From IMG/VR virus record IMGVR_UViG_3300045988_158607: 58,283 nucleotides of DNA; one strand, written 5' to 3'. Shown here piece by piece: positions 34,186 to 43,626 of the stretch. The translations under genes and the position numbers were made by a program. The notes below the pieces were generated by a model, which searched no databases, was not told the DNA's origin, and worked only from the letters and a program-made list of their open reading frames with translations. Source of the DNA: a virus. Numbering within the stretch: the first letter of the stretch is position 1; the number at the start of each line of letters is the position of its first letter.

Positions 34186-34227
34186 GATATTTACCTCTTT
34201 TTTCTTTTTGTTTTATTTTATGTATTT

Positions 34228-34256
34228 ATTATACGATAATGAAGGAATAAAGTCAA
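34228..34256 (-). promoter_or_regulatory. Class I (early) promoter copy 5 (leftward): TTGACT-17 nt-TATAAT
   Basis: On the plus strand, attata is at 34228-34233 and agtcaa at 34251-34256. Confidence 0.8.
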
Positions 34257-34419
34257 GCATTTTTGTGTAAAAAGTTGAAGTTTTTTTAATTTTTTTTGAA
34301 TAATTAAAAAGCTAAAATTTTGCGCGACCGAAATATGCATCAATTCACCCCTATTTTTGCCATCATTTATACTCATTCTAATACAAGAAAGGAACTTAAC
34401 AAGTATAGTTGAACAAAGA

Positions 34420-34860
34420 CCCTGAAAATAGCTGAAAACATAGACGTCCGTAAGGAAAAACAAAAATTCTGCGCTCTATAAAAGTCGAACTCTTTATTTA
34501 TCAATATAACTCATCATCTATATATCTATCCATATAAAGACACTAGAAGACACGCAACTGAACCAGCATTGAACATTATAGACCAGAAGACCGATACAGA
34601 GAACCATGAAAGCACTTCCTCAAACAAACTCCAAAAAGCTGTCAAATATAGTCATATCAAGGTGTTTCAGCTTTTTAGTTCAACTTTTCGAAAAGCTGAA
34701 AATAGTTGAAAAACTGAATAATTGAAAGGTTCGAAAAGCTGAAAAACCTGAAAAGTTCGAAAAACTGAGCCTGAAAACGCTCGAAAAACTGAGCCTGAAA
34801 ACGCTCGAAAAGCTGAAAAACTGAACCTGAAAAAGTTCGAAAAAGTTCAGGTTTTCAGGC
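34420..34860. repeat. Non-coding array of degenerate CTGAAAA / TCGAAAAGCTGAAAA repeats (candidate pac recognition region or origin)
   Basis: tcgaaaagctgaaaa at 34688, 34731 and 34805. Perfect 24-bp tandem tcgaaaaactgagcctgaaaacgc at 34757-34780 and 34781-34804. Inverted copies at 34666-34675 and 34846-34858. No ORF with an RBS. Confidence 0.8.
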
Positions 34861-34929
34861 AGTATTAGTCGAACCTTTTCAGTTTCAAAATCCCTATCTT
34901 TTTCATTATGGGACTATAAATTCAATCAA

Positions 34930-34958
34930 TTGTTAGTTCAGCTCAAATTTGTTACAAT
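34930..34958 (+). promoter_or_regulatory. Class III (putative late) promoter: TTGTTA-17 nt-TGtTACAAT
   Basis: ttgtta 34930-34935, tg 34950-34951, tacaat 34953-34958. About 35 nt upstream of terS. Confidence 0.5.
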
Positions 34959-34992
34959 GTAAACGAAACGAAAATAAAGGAGGGTCAATTAA

Positions 34993-35733
34993 ATGGCAAA
35001 AGCTGCTGGACCGAAAGTTAAAAGAGGGAAGACACCACCTAGACCGAAAGATAAAAAAGGTGTCAAAGCAAATGCGCGTGTGAATAAAGACCAGTTCGTC
35101 GAATACGATTATAAGGGCATTAAGATGACAATTAAGGAACGTGATGCGAGAATGAAGCTGGAATTTATTAGAGGAATGACAGTTCAGGAAATTGCTCATC
35201 GTTATGGCATAAATGAAAAACGAGTTGGTGAAATTCGAGCTCGCGATAAATGGGTGAAAGCAAAGAAAGAATTCGAAAATGAAAAAGCCCTAGTCACTAA
35301 TGATACTCTCACTCAAATGTATGCAGGGTTTAAAGTTTCAGTCAATATTAAATATCACGCAGCATGGGAGAAACTTATGAATATTGTCGAGATGTGTTTA
35401 GACAATCCTGACCGATATTTATTCACTAAAGAAGGCAATATTAGATGGGGAGCATTAGACGTACTTTCGAACCTTATTGACCGAGCTCAAAAAGGTCAGG
35501 AACGTGCAAATGGAATGTTGCCTGAAGAAGTTCGATATAGACTACAAATTGAGCGCGAGAAGATTACATTATTGAGAGCTAAAATGGGCGACCAAGAAGT
35601 TGAAGGCGAAGTTAAAGACAATTTCGTTGAAGCCCTAGACAAAGCAGCTCAAGCCGTCTGGCAAGAATTTAGTGATGTGACAGGTTCCTACATTAAAGGA
35701 GTGACTGACAATGACAATAAGCCTGAGAAATAG
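34993..35733 (+). CDS. terS: Terminase small subunit
   Basis: Basic N-terminus plus HTH MTVQEIAHRYGINEKRVGEIRARDKW. Directly upstream of and overlapping terL. Confidence 0.75.
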   Translation: MAKAAGPKVKRGKTPPRPKDKKGVKANARVNKDQFVEYDYKGIKMTIKERDARMKLEFIRGMTVQEIAHRYGINEKRVGEIRARDKWVKAKKEFENEKALVTNDTLTQMYAGFKVSVNIKYHAAWEKLMNIVEMCLDNPDRYLFTKEGNIRWGALDVLSNLIDRAQKGQERANGMLPEEVRYRLQIEREKITLLRAKMGDQEVEGEVKDNFVEALDKAAQAVWQEFSDVTGSYIKGVTDNDNKPEK

Positions 35734-37102
35734 ACTCCCGAAATTCAACTTCGTTCCTTTCAGTAAGAAGCAGCTTCAGTTGCTAACATGGTGGACACAT
35801 GGCTCACCTTTTCGAACTTTCGACATCGTTGTAGCAGATGGTTCAATTCGTTCAGGCAAGACTGTATCAATGGCTCTTTCATTTTCACTTTGGGCGATGA
35901 GCGAATTTAATGGACAAAACTTTGCCATTTGTGGTAAGACAATTCATTCAGCTCGTCGAAATGTTATTCAGCCTCTAAAACAAATGCTCACAAGTCGCGG
36001 ATATGAAATAAGGGACGTTCGAAATGAAAACCTACTTATTATTCGACATTTTAGAGACGGCGAAGAGATTGTAAACTACTTCTATATATTTGGAGGAAAA
36101 GATGAGTCGAGCCAAGACCTTATTCAAGGGGTCACACTTGCAGGAATCTTTTGTGATGAGGTTGCACTGATGCCTGAATCATTTGTCAACCAAGCAACAG
36201 GTCGATGTTCAGTAACAGGTTCGAAAATGTGGTTCAGTTGTAACCCTGCAAACCCGAATCATTATTTCAAAAAGAACTGGATTGACAAGCAAGTTGAAAA
36301 GCGCATACTATACCTGCATTTCACAATGGATGACAATCCTAGCTTGACCGATAGCATTAAAAAGCGCTATGAGAAGATGTATGCTGGAGTATTTAGGAAA
36401 CGATTCATTCTAGGTCTTTGGGTCACAGCTGACGGACTTGTTTATTCAATGTTCAATGAAGAACAGCACGTTAAGAAGTTGAATATTGAGTTCGACCGTT
36501 TATTCGTAGCAGGAGACTTCGGTATCTATAACGCGACGACCTTTGGGCTTTATGGCTTTTCGAAACGTCAACGTCGATACCATCTTATTCAGTCCTATTA
36601 TCATTCAGGGCGCGAGGCTGAAGAACAATTAACTGAAGCAGATATCAATTCAAATCTTCAATTCGGCTCAGTGCTCCAAAAGACGACAAAAGAGTATGCA
36701 AATGACCTAGTCGATATGATAAGAGGGAAGCAAATTGAATATATCATTCTCGACCCCTCGGCTTCCGCTATGATTGTCGAACTACAAAAACATCCCTATA
36801 TAGCAAGAAAGAATATTCCTATTATTCCAGCCCGAAACGATGTGACACTAGGAATTTCATTTCACGCAGAGCTGCTTACTGAAAACCGATTTACACTCGA
36901 CCCAAGCAACACGCACGACATAGATGAATATTATGCTTATAGCTGGGACAGTAAGGCGAGTCAGCTAGGGGAAGACAAGGTCGTAAAGGAATATGACCAC
37001 TGCATGGATAGAAACCGATATGCGTGTTTGACAGACGCTCTAATTAACGATGACTTCGGTTTCGAAATTCAAATATTATCAGGAAAAGGGGCGCGAAACT
37101 AA
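35711..37102 (+). CDS. terL: Terminase large subunit (Terminase_3/PBSX-like)
   Basis: Walker A VADGSIRSGKT, Walker B GIFCDEV, and a C-terminal RNase-H-like nuclease region. Confidence 0.9.
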   Translation: MTISLRNRLPKFNFVPFSKKQLQLLTWWTHGSPFRTFDIVVADGSIRSGKTVSMALSFSLWAMSEFNGQNFAICGKTIHSARRNVIQPLKQMLTSRGYEIRDVRNENLLIIRHFRDGEEIVNYFYIFGGKDESSQDLIQGVTLAGIFCDEVALMPESFVNQATGRCSVTGSKMWFSCNPANPNHYFKKNWIDKQVEKRILYLHFTMDDNPSLTDSIKKRYEKMYAGVFRKRFILGLWVTADGLVYSMFNEEQHVKKLNIEFDRLFVAGDFGIYNATTFGLYGFSKRQRRYHLIQSYYHSGREAEEQLTEADINSNLQFGSVLQKTTKEYANDLVDMIRGKQIEYIILDPSASAMIVELQKHPYIARKNIPIIPARNDVTLGISFHAELLTENRFTLDPSNTHDIDEYYAYSWDSKASQLGEDKVVKEYDHCMDRNRYACLTDALINDDFGFEIQILSGKGARN

Positions 37103-37103
37103 C

Positions 37104-37133
37104 TAAACACTATTGCAAGATTTAGTGTATAAT
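37104..37133 (+). promoter_or_regulatory. Class II-like promoter: TAAACA-18 nt-(GTG)TATAAT
   Basis: taaaca 37104-37109, tagtgtataat ending at 37133. Confidence 0.5.
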
Positions 37134-37153
37134 ATAAGTAGGAGGATTTTTAA

Positions 37154-38914
37154 ATGGCTAAAAAATCAAAAGCTATATCGCACACAGACGAACTGATTAG
37201 TCAATCTTTTGACAGCCCTTTGGCAAAGAATCAAAAGTTCAAGAAAGAGCTTCAGGAAGTTGAAAAGTATTATCAATACTTCGACGGCTTCGACGTTACT
37301 GAGCTCAATTCCAATTATGGGCAGACCTGGAAGATTGATACTGACAAAGTAGACTACGAGCCAACTCGTGAAATTCGAAACTATATTCGACAACTTGTGA
37401 AAAAGCAAGCTCGTTTCATGATGGGCAAAGAGCCTGAACTCATCTTTAGTCCAGTTGAAGACGGACAAGACGAGCAGGCTGAAAACAAACGTATTCTATT
37501 CGACTCTATTTTGAGGAATTGTAAATTCTGGAGTAAGAGCACAAATGCTTTAGTTGATGCAACAGTAGGCAAACGAGTATTGATGGCAGTAGTGGCAAAT
37601 GATGCTCAACAAATCGACGTTCAGTTTTATTCAATGCCTCAATTCACCTATACAGTTGACCCTCGAAACCCTTCGAGCCTACTTTCAGTTGACATTGTCT
37701 ACCAAGACGAGCGCACAAAGGGCATGAGCACCGAAAAGCAGCTTTGGCATCATTATAGATATGAAATGAAAGCAGGAACAAATCAATCAGGAATTGCAAC
37801 AGCCCTCGAAGAAATTGAAGAACAATGCTGGCTCACCTATGTACTAACAGACGGAGAGTCGAACCAAATTTACATGACCGAAAATGGTCAAACTACCATT
37901 AAAGAAGCCGATGCGAAATTGGTAGAAATCGAAGACAATTTAGGGAATAAAGTTGAAGTCCCTCTAAAAGTTGAAGAGTCAGCTCCTACTGGACTGAAAC
38001 AAATTCCTTGTCGAGTTATTCTCAATGAGCCATTGACGAATGACATTTACGGGACAAGTGACGTCAAAGACCTCATCACCGTTGCAGATAATTTGAACCG
38101 AACTATTAGTGACTTAAGAGACTCACTTCGATTTAAAATGTTCGAGCAACCAGTTATTATCGACGGCTCATCTAAATCAATTCAAGGCATGAAGATTGCT
38201 CCTAATGCTCTTATCGACCTGAAGAGTGACCCGACTTCATCTATTGGAGGGGCTGGAGGACGTCAGGCTCAAGTTGCTACCATTTCAGGAAACTTCAATT
38301 TCCTTCCAGCAGCTGAATATTATCTCGAAGGGGCGAAGAAAGCAATGTACGAATTGATGGACCAACCAATGCCTGAAAAAGTTCAGGAAGCTCCGTCAGG
38401 TATTGCAATGCAGTTCCTATTTTACGACCTAATTTCGCGATGCGATGGGAAGTGGATTGAATGGGACGACGCTATTCAATGGCTCATTCAAATGCTTGAA
38501 GAAATTTTAGCTTCAGTCAATGTTGATTTAGGAAATATTCCACAAGACATTCAGTCAAGCTATCAAGTTCTTACTACCATGCAAATTGAGCACCATTATC
38601 CAATTCCTAGCGACGAACTTTCAGCTAAACAGTTGGCATTGACCGAAGTTCAAACAAATGTTCGAAGCCATCAATCTTATATTGAAGAATTCAGTAAGAA
38701 AGAAAAGGCTGATGAAGAGTGGAGCCGTATTTTAGAAGAACTAGCTCAACTAGATGAAATTTCAGCTGGAGCGCTACCAGTATTAGCAGATAAATTAAAT
38801 GAAAACGAGGAACCAGAAGATGAAACGAGCGAAGAAGACAAAGAACAAGGTAAAGAAGATGAACAAGCTGAACAGCCTACCGAAGAAAGAGTCGAACCAG
38901 ACGTTCAAGGTTAA
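37154..38914 (+). CDS. Portal protein (SPP1 gp6-like) with an acidic C-terminal tail
   Basis: 586 aa immediately after terL. AGGAGG RBS. Confidence 0.85.
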   Translation: MAKKSKAISHTDELISQSFDSPLAKNQKFKKELQEVEKYYQYFDGFDVTELNSNYGQTWKIDTDKVDYEPTREIRNYIRQLVKKQARFMMGKEPELIFSPVEDGQDEQAENKRILFDSILRNCKFWSKSTNALVDATVGKRVLMAVVANDAQQIDVQFYSMPQFTYTVDPRNPSSLLSVDIVYQDERTKGMSTEKQLWHHYRYEMKAGTNQSGIATALEEIEEQCWLTYVLTDGESNQIYMTENGQTTIKEADAKLVEIEDNLGNKVEVPLKVEESAPTGLKQIPCRVILNEPLTNDIYGTSDVKDLITVADNLNRTISDLRDSLRFKMFEQPVIIDGSSKSIQGMKIAPNALIDLKSDPTSSIGGAGGRQAQVATISGNFNFLPAAEYYLEGAKKAMYELMDQPMPEKVQEAPSGIAMQFLFYDLISRCDGKWIEWDDAIQWLIQMLEEILASVNVDLGNIPQDIQSSYQVLTTMQIEHHYPIPSDELSAKQLALTEVQTNVRSHQSYIEEFSKKEKADEEWSRILEELAQLDEISAGALPVLADKLNENEEPEDETSEEDKEQGKEDEQAEQPTEERVEPDVQG

Positions 38915-39257
38915 TTGTGACCACTGCCAGCAGAAGTTCAAACTATCATCTAAACAGATTATTTCGAAACATATTGAAAAGGGAGTTGAATGGAGGTTCT
39001 TCGAATGTCCAAGATGTCATTATCGATTCACTACTTATGTCGGGAACAAGGAAATTGAAAAACTTATTAGACTTCGAAATGAGTGTCGACAAAAGATGAA
39101 ACAGGAATTGGAAAAAGGCGCTGCTGCTAATCAAAACACTTATCATTCATATCGAATACAAGACGAACAGGCAGGGCATAAAATCTCAGGTCTTATGGCG
39201 AAGCTGAAGAAGGAGATAAATATTGAAAAACTCGAAAAAGAATGGGTATCTCAGTAG
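38820..39257 (+). CDS. Zinc-ribbon protein (CxxC...CxxC) with a basic N-terminus; start uncertain
   Basis: CDHCQQK...ECPRCH. No in-frame start exists after the portal stop. Candidate ATGs at 38799, 38820 (GAGGAA RBS) and 38859 all lie inside the portal gene. Confidence 0.5.
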   Translation: MKRAKKTKNKVKKMNKLNSLPKKESNQTFKVNCDHCQQKFKLSSKQIISKHIEKGVEWRFFECPRCHYRFTTYVGNKEIEKLIRLRNECRQKMKQELEKGAAANQNTYHSYRIQDEQAGHKISGLMAKLKKEINIEKLEKEWVSQ

Positions 39258-40218
39258 TTGGGAAAAAGCAATTCATGAAACTAATATTCGTCTAACTATA
39301 GAGCAGGAAAAAGCTGTACTGAAAGCATTTAACGATGCAGGAACTAGCCTAATCGAGAAAATTAAAAAGTCTCGAAAAGGCTATCTTCCTATTCGCATCT
39401 ATAAAGACTACGCTTATGACCTTCATGCTGTCCTTGTTCAACTCATGACCGAGTATTCACATAAGGCAGCTATGAATGCAGTTGATGGGCAAGTTGTCCA
39501 TATCCTGAAAATGCTGGCTGAAGATGGGAATGCGACAGCTGAAAACTTCAAAAAAGAAGTAAGGGCAGCTTCATTAGTATATTCTCGAAGGGCAGCTGAA
39601 GCCGTCGTTAAGGGCGAAATCTATAAAGATGGAAAGAACTTGTCGAAACGTGTATGGTCATCTGCTGCGCGAGCTGGAAATGACGTTCAACAAATTGTCA
39701 CTCAAGGGCTAGCAAGTGGAATGTCAGCTGTCGACATGGCGAAGCTATTAGAGCAGTACATTGACCCGAAAGCTCGAAAAGAATGGGACTTCGAAAAGGT
39801 TGCAGAAAAGCTAGGTAAACCGACAGCTCGAAAATATGAAAACCTCGAATACAATGCTCTTCGACTTGCCCGAACTACTATTAGTCATTCAGCTACTGCA
39901 GGAGTTCGACAGTGGGGAAAAGTCAATCCTTACGCTCGAAAAGTCCAATGGCATTCAGTCCATGCACCTGGAAGAACTTGTCAGGCTTGTCGAGATTTAG
40001 ATGGTGAAGTATTTCCTATTGAAGAATGTCCTTTCGACCATCCTAATGGCATGTGCTACCAGACTGTTTGGTACGACCAAACGCTGGATGAAATAGCTGA
40101 TGAACTTCGAAGGTGGGTAGACGGCGAAGAGAATGAAACGCTGGATACATGGTTCGATGATTTGAGTTCAGGAAAAACTGAAAAATACAGCGACCTCGAT
40201 TTTGTTAAAAGTTACTAG
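39223..40218 (+). CDS. Minor head / head morphogenesis protein (Mu F / SPP1 gp7 family)
   Basis: C-terminal CQACRDLDGEVFPIEE...HPNGMC is typical of Phage_Mu_F. Confidence 0.8.
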   Translation: MKNSKKNGYLSSWEKAIHETNIRLTIEQEKAVLKAFNDAGTSLIEKIKKSRKGYLPIRIYKDYAYDLHAVLVQLMTEYSHKAAMNAVDGQVVHILKMLAEDGNATAENFKKEVRAASLVYSRRAAEAVVKGEIYKDGKNLSKRVWSSAARAGNDVQQIVTQGLASGMSAVDMAKLLEQYIDPKARKEWDFEKVAEKLGKPTARKYENLEYNALRLARTTISHSATAGVRQWGKVNPYARKVQWHSVHAPGRTCQACRDLDGEVFPIEECPFDHPNGMCYQTVWYDQTLDEIADELRRWVDGEENETLDTWFDDLSSGKTEKYSDLDFVKSY

Positions 40219-40242
40219 GCTCAGGAAATTCCTGAGCTTTTT
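40219..40242 (+). terminator. Rho-independent terminator
   Basis: gctcagg-aaatt-cctgagc followed by ttttt. Confidence 0.8.
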
Positions 40243-40299
40243 GTCTATAATTTGTCTATTGCCAAAAACTTTCGATAAGTAGTAAAAAGGGTTCAATTC

Positions 40300-40308
40300 T
40301 GTTATAAT
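40300..40308 (+). promoter_or_regulatory. Class III extended -10 element TGTTATAAT (no clear -35)
   Basis: tgttataat 40300-40308. About 110 nt upstream of the scaffold gene. Confidence 0.5.
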
Positions 40309-40418
40309 ATTAGTTGAAAAGGAACTTGTCGCCTTAACGACTCGAAATTGGTTTCACTGTTCCAATTAAATCGAAACAGAAGATTCAGCCGGAGGGCGAA
40401 AACTCAGGAGGAAAACAA

Positions 40419-41093
40419 ATGGCTTATCAATTAGAAGACCTATTGAAAGGTCTAGATGAACCAACTATTAAACAGGTGAAGGAAGTTATTTCGAAAACTA
40501 CGAAAGAACTCGATGCCAAACTCTTTATCGACGGTGACGGTCAACATTTTGTCCCTCATGCTCGTTTCGATGAAGTTGTCAAGCAGCGCGATGATGCAAA
40601 TGGTCATATTAGTGAGTACCAGAAGCAGGTTGAAGAATTGTCGAAACAGGTTAAAGATAACGGTGATGCGCAGACCACTATCGAGAACCTACAAAAACAA
40701 CTCGAACAACAAGCTGAAATTGCAAAAGGCGCTGCGGTTACATCAGCTCTTCATCCGTTAATTAGTGACTCCATCGCTCCAGCAGCCGACATTCTTGGCT
40801 TCATGAACCTTGACAACATCACTGTCGAAGCTGACGGGAAAGTTAAGGGGCTAGAAGACGAGCTAAAAGCTGTTCGAGAGTCTCGTAAATACCTATTCAA
40901 AGAAGTCGAAACTCCAAATGACCCGAAACCTGAGTCTTCTGGTAAGGCGAAAGCAGGGACTGGAAATTTAGGAAATTCAGGTCGTGTCGGTTCTGGTGTT
41001 CCAGAGCCTCGTGAAGTTGGCTCCTTTGGGAAACAATTAGCTGCTGCTCAACAACCAGCAGGAGCTCAAGAACAATCATCATTCTTTAAATAA
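40419..41093 (+). CDS. Scaffolding protein
   Basis: Coiled-coil, acidic 224-aa protein between the morphogenesis and capsid genes. AGGAGG RBS. Confidence 0.7.
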   Translation: MAYQLEDLLKGLDEPTIKQVKEVISKTTKELDAKLFIDGDGQHFVPHARFDEVVKQRDDANGHISEYQKQVEELSKQVKDNGDAQTTIENLQKQLEQQAEIAKGAAVTSALHPLISDSIAPAADILGFMNLDNITVEADGKVKGLEDELKAVRESRKYLFKEVETPNDPKPESSGKAKAGTGNLGNSGRVGSGVPEPREVGSFGKQLAAAQQPAGAQEQSSFFK

Positions 41094-41108
41094 TAGGAGG
41101 AACTAACT

Positions 41109-41486
41109 ATGCCAAATGTGCGAGTTAAGAATACTGATTTCAATCAAACTACTCGAAGCATTGTCGCAATTCCTGACCACTATGTTGCACTAGCTGCCCA
41201 GATTCCTGCTACAGCTGCAACTCAGGTAGGAGACAAGAAATACATTCTTGCAGGAACTTGTGTGAAAAATGCTACTACACTTGAAGGTCGAAAAACTGGA
41301 CTTCAAGTAGTTGCTCAAGGTGAGCAATTTGACGGAGTTATCTTTGCAGACCAACAAGTTTATGACGGCGAAGAAAATGTGACCGTGACTGTATTAGTTC
41401 ACGGATTTGTCAAATATGCTGCCCTTCGAAAAGTCGAAAATACTGTACCTGAATCTAAAAATGCAATGATTCTGGTCGTTAAATAG
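41109..41486 (+). CDS. Putative head decoration / capsid accessory protein
   Basis: 125 aa directly upstream of the major capsid gene. Call is positional. Confidence 0.4.
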   Translation: MPNVRVKNTDFNQTTRSIVAIPDHYVALAAQIPATAATQVGDKKYILAGTCVKNATTLEGRKTGLQVVAQGEQFDGVIFADQQVYDGEENVTVTVLVHGFVKYAALRKVENTVPESKNAMILVVK

Positions 41487-41497
41487 GAGGATTATAA

Positions 41498-42577
41498 ATG
41501 AATATTTATGACTACATTAACGCAGGAGAGATTGCTAGCTACATTCAAGCGCTACCTTCAAATGCGATTCAATATCTTGGACCTCAGTTGTTCCCTAATG
41601 CGCAACAAACAGGGACAGACATTTCATGGCTCAAGGGCGCAAATAATTTGCCAGTAACTATCCAGCCTTCGAACTATGATGCGAAAGCTAGTCTTCGTGA
41701 ACGCGCTGGATTTAGCAAGCAAGCTACTGAGATGGCATTCTTCCGTGAGTCTATGCGACTCGGTGAAAAAGACCGTCAAAACTTGCAAATGCTTCTAAAT
41801 CAAAGTTCAGCTCTTGCTCAACCACTTATCACTCAGCTCTACAATGATACGAAGAACCTTGTGGACGGTGTAGAGGCGCAAGCTGAATACATGCGTATGC
41901 AACTCCTTCAGTACGGGAAATTCACTGTCAAATCAACCAACAGCGAAGCTCAGTACACTTATGACTACAACATGAACGCGAAGCAGCAATATACTGTGAC
42001 GAAGAAATGGGCAAATCCAGCTGAAAGCGACCCTATCGCCGACATTTTAGCAGCAATGGATGACATTGAAAATCGTACAGGTGTTCGCCCTACTCGAATG
42101 GTCTTGAACCGAAACACTTACAACCAAATGACCAAGAGTGATTCAATCAAGAAAGCTCTTGCAATCGGTGTTCAAGGAAATTGGGAAAACTTCTTGCTTC
42201 TTGCAAGTGACGCTGAAAAATTCATCGCTGAAAAAACTCAGCTTCAAATTGCTGTGTACTCTAAAAAGGTTGCTCAGTTCGCTGACCCTGACAAACTTCC
42301 AGATGTTGGCAATATTCGTCAATTTAGCTTGATTGACGATAACAAAGTTGTATTGCTTCCACCTGATGCAGTTGGTCACACTTGGTACGGAACGACCCCA
42401 GAAGCGTTCGACTTGGCTTCAGGTGGAACTGACGCTCAAGTTCAAGTTCTTTCTGGAGGACCTACTGTGACAACTTATCTCGAAAAACATCCTGTCAACA
42501 TTGCGACAGTTGTATCAGCTGTTATGATTCCATCTTTTGAAGGAATTGACTATGTAGGAGTTATCACCACGAATTAG
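41498..42577 (+). CDS. Major capsid protein (capsid protein E-like family)
   Basis: 359 aa with AGGAGG RBS. The N-terminal pattern ..I..Y...LP....YLG..LFP.....G.DISW resembles the gpE family. Confidence 0.8.
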   Translation: MNIYDYINAGEIASYIQALPSNAIQYLGPQLFPNAQQTGTDISWLKGANNLPVTIQPSNYDAKASLRERAGFSKQATEMAFFRESMRLGEKDRQNLQMLLNQSSALAQPLITQLYNDTKNLVDGVEAQAEYMRMQLLQYGKFTVKSTNSEAQYTYDYNMNAKQQYTVTKKWANPAESDPIADILAAMDDIENRTGVRPTRMVLNRNTYNQMTKSDSIKKALAIGVQGNWENFLLLASDAEKFIAEKTQLQIAVYSKKVAQFADPDKLPDVGNIRQFSLIDDNKVVLLPPDAVGHTWYGTTPEAFDLASGGTDAQVQVLSGGPTVTTYLEKHPVNIATVVSAVMIPSFEGIDYVGVITTN

Positions 42578-42588
42578 GAGGACGCTAG

Positions 42589-42921
42589 ATGGCTACACTA
42601 AAAGCGCTTAGCACCTTAATCGTTTCAGGGGGAGTAGTGCATTCGGGTTCAGTCTTTCACTGTCCCGAAGCACTCGCTTCTTCCCTAATTGAACGAAATT
42701 TCGCGTTCGAGATTAAGGAAGCTGAAGATGGAGAAACTGTTGAAAGTTCTCCTCAAACTACTGAAGAAGTCGATGAAGTTGAACAAATGCGTGAAGAGTA
42801 CGCTGCCAAAACCGTACCTGAGCTCATCGATTTAGCTCGAGCAAACGGAATTGACGTTTCTTCACTTTCTCGAAAAAGCGAATACATTGACGCTTTGATT
42901 AAATACGAACTAGGAGAGTAG
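42589..42921 (+). CDS. Hypothetical head-module protein with a Rho-N/HeH-like motif
   Basis: KTVPELIDLARANGIDVSSLSRKSEYIDALI resembles the Rho N-terminal / HeH fold motif. Confidence 0.5.
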   Translation: MATLKALSTLIVSGGVVHSGSVFHCPEALASSLIERNFAFEIKEAEDGETVESSPQTTEEVDEVEQMREEYAAKTVPELIDLARANGIDVSSLSRKSEYIDALIKYELGE

Positions 42922-42922
42922 C

Positions 42923-43240
42923 ATGGCAGCTCAAGCGGATATTGACTTAGTAAAAATAAATATCGACAACGATAACGCTCCGTCACCTATGACGGACACA
43001 AGCATCTCCGCTCTTCTAGACAAGCATAAATCTGTTGCCTATGTTAGTTATATGATTTGCCTAATGAAAACCAGAAATGATGCAGTAACGCTTGGACCTA
43101 TCACTCTCAAGGGCGATGCAGATTACTGGAAACAGATGGCACAATTCTACTATGACCAATATAGGCAGGAACAGATTGAAGCAGATGAAAAATCGAACTC
43201 AGGTTCGACAATTTTAATGAAAAGAGCTGATGGGACATGA
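42923..43240 (+). CDS. Head-tail connector protein (gp6-like)
   Basis: Size and position after the capsid gene. Confidence 0.5.
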   Translation: MAAQADIDLVKINIDNDNAPSPMTDTSISALLDKHKSVAYVSYMICLMKTRNDAVTLGPITLKGDADYWKQMAQFYYDQYRQEQIEADEKSNSGSTILMKRADGT

Positions 43241-43626
43241 GCTATGATATAAACTATGTTAAAAGTCAAGTTCGAAGAGCCATCGAGACAGCTCCTACTA
43301 AAATCAAGATAATTCGAACTTCTTGGGTCAGTGACGGATACGGAGGGAAGAAAAGGGACAAAAGCAATGAAGTTGTAGCAGATGACCTCGTTTGCTTGGT
43401 TGACAATTCAACTGTTCCTGACCTTCTTTCTAACGCTACTGACGCAGGACGAATTTTTGCTCAAAATGGGGTGAAGATTTTCATCATGTACGATGAAGGA
43501 AAGATTATTCGAAAAGCCGATATTGTCGAGATTAAAAACTCGAACAGAAAGTATCGAGTAGTAGAAGTTCACAACCTTTTAGAGCAGAACATCTTGATTG
43601 AATTGAAATTGGAGGTAAACGACTGA
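43237..43626 (+). CDS. Head closure / head-tail adaptor protein
   Basis: Size and position; ATGA overlap upstream. Confidence 0.5.
   Translation: MSYDINYVKSQVRRAIETAPTKIKIIRTSWVSDGYGGKKRDKSNEVVADDLVCLVDNSTVPDLLSNATDAGRIFAQNGVKIFIMYDEGKIIRKADIVEIKNSNRKYRVVEVHNLLEQNILIELKLEVND

Noticed and set aside
34218-34463. Track ORFs 34218-34463 (-) and 34933-35199 (-)
   Set aside because: They span a promoter and the repeat region, or run antisense to terS. They have no RBS and odd composition, so they are probably non-coding.
34757-34804. The 24-bp perfect tandem repeat as a possible mini-CRISPR array
   Set aside because: There are only two directly abutting units with no spacers, no cas genes and no leader. 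The repeat belongs to the larger degenerate CTGAAAA array.
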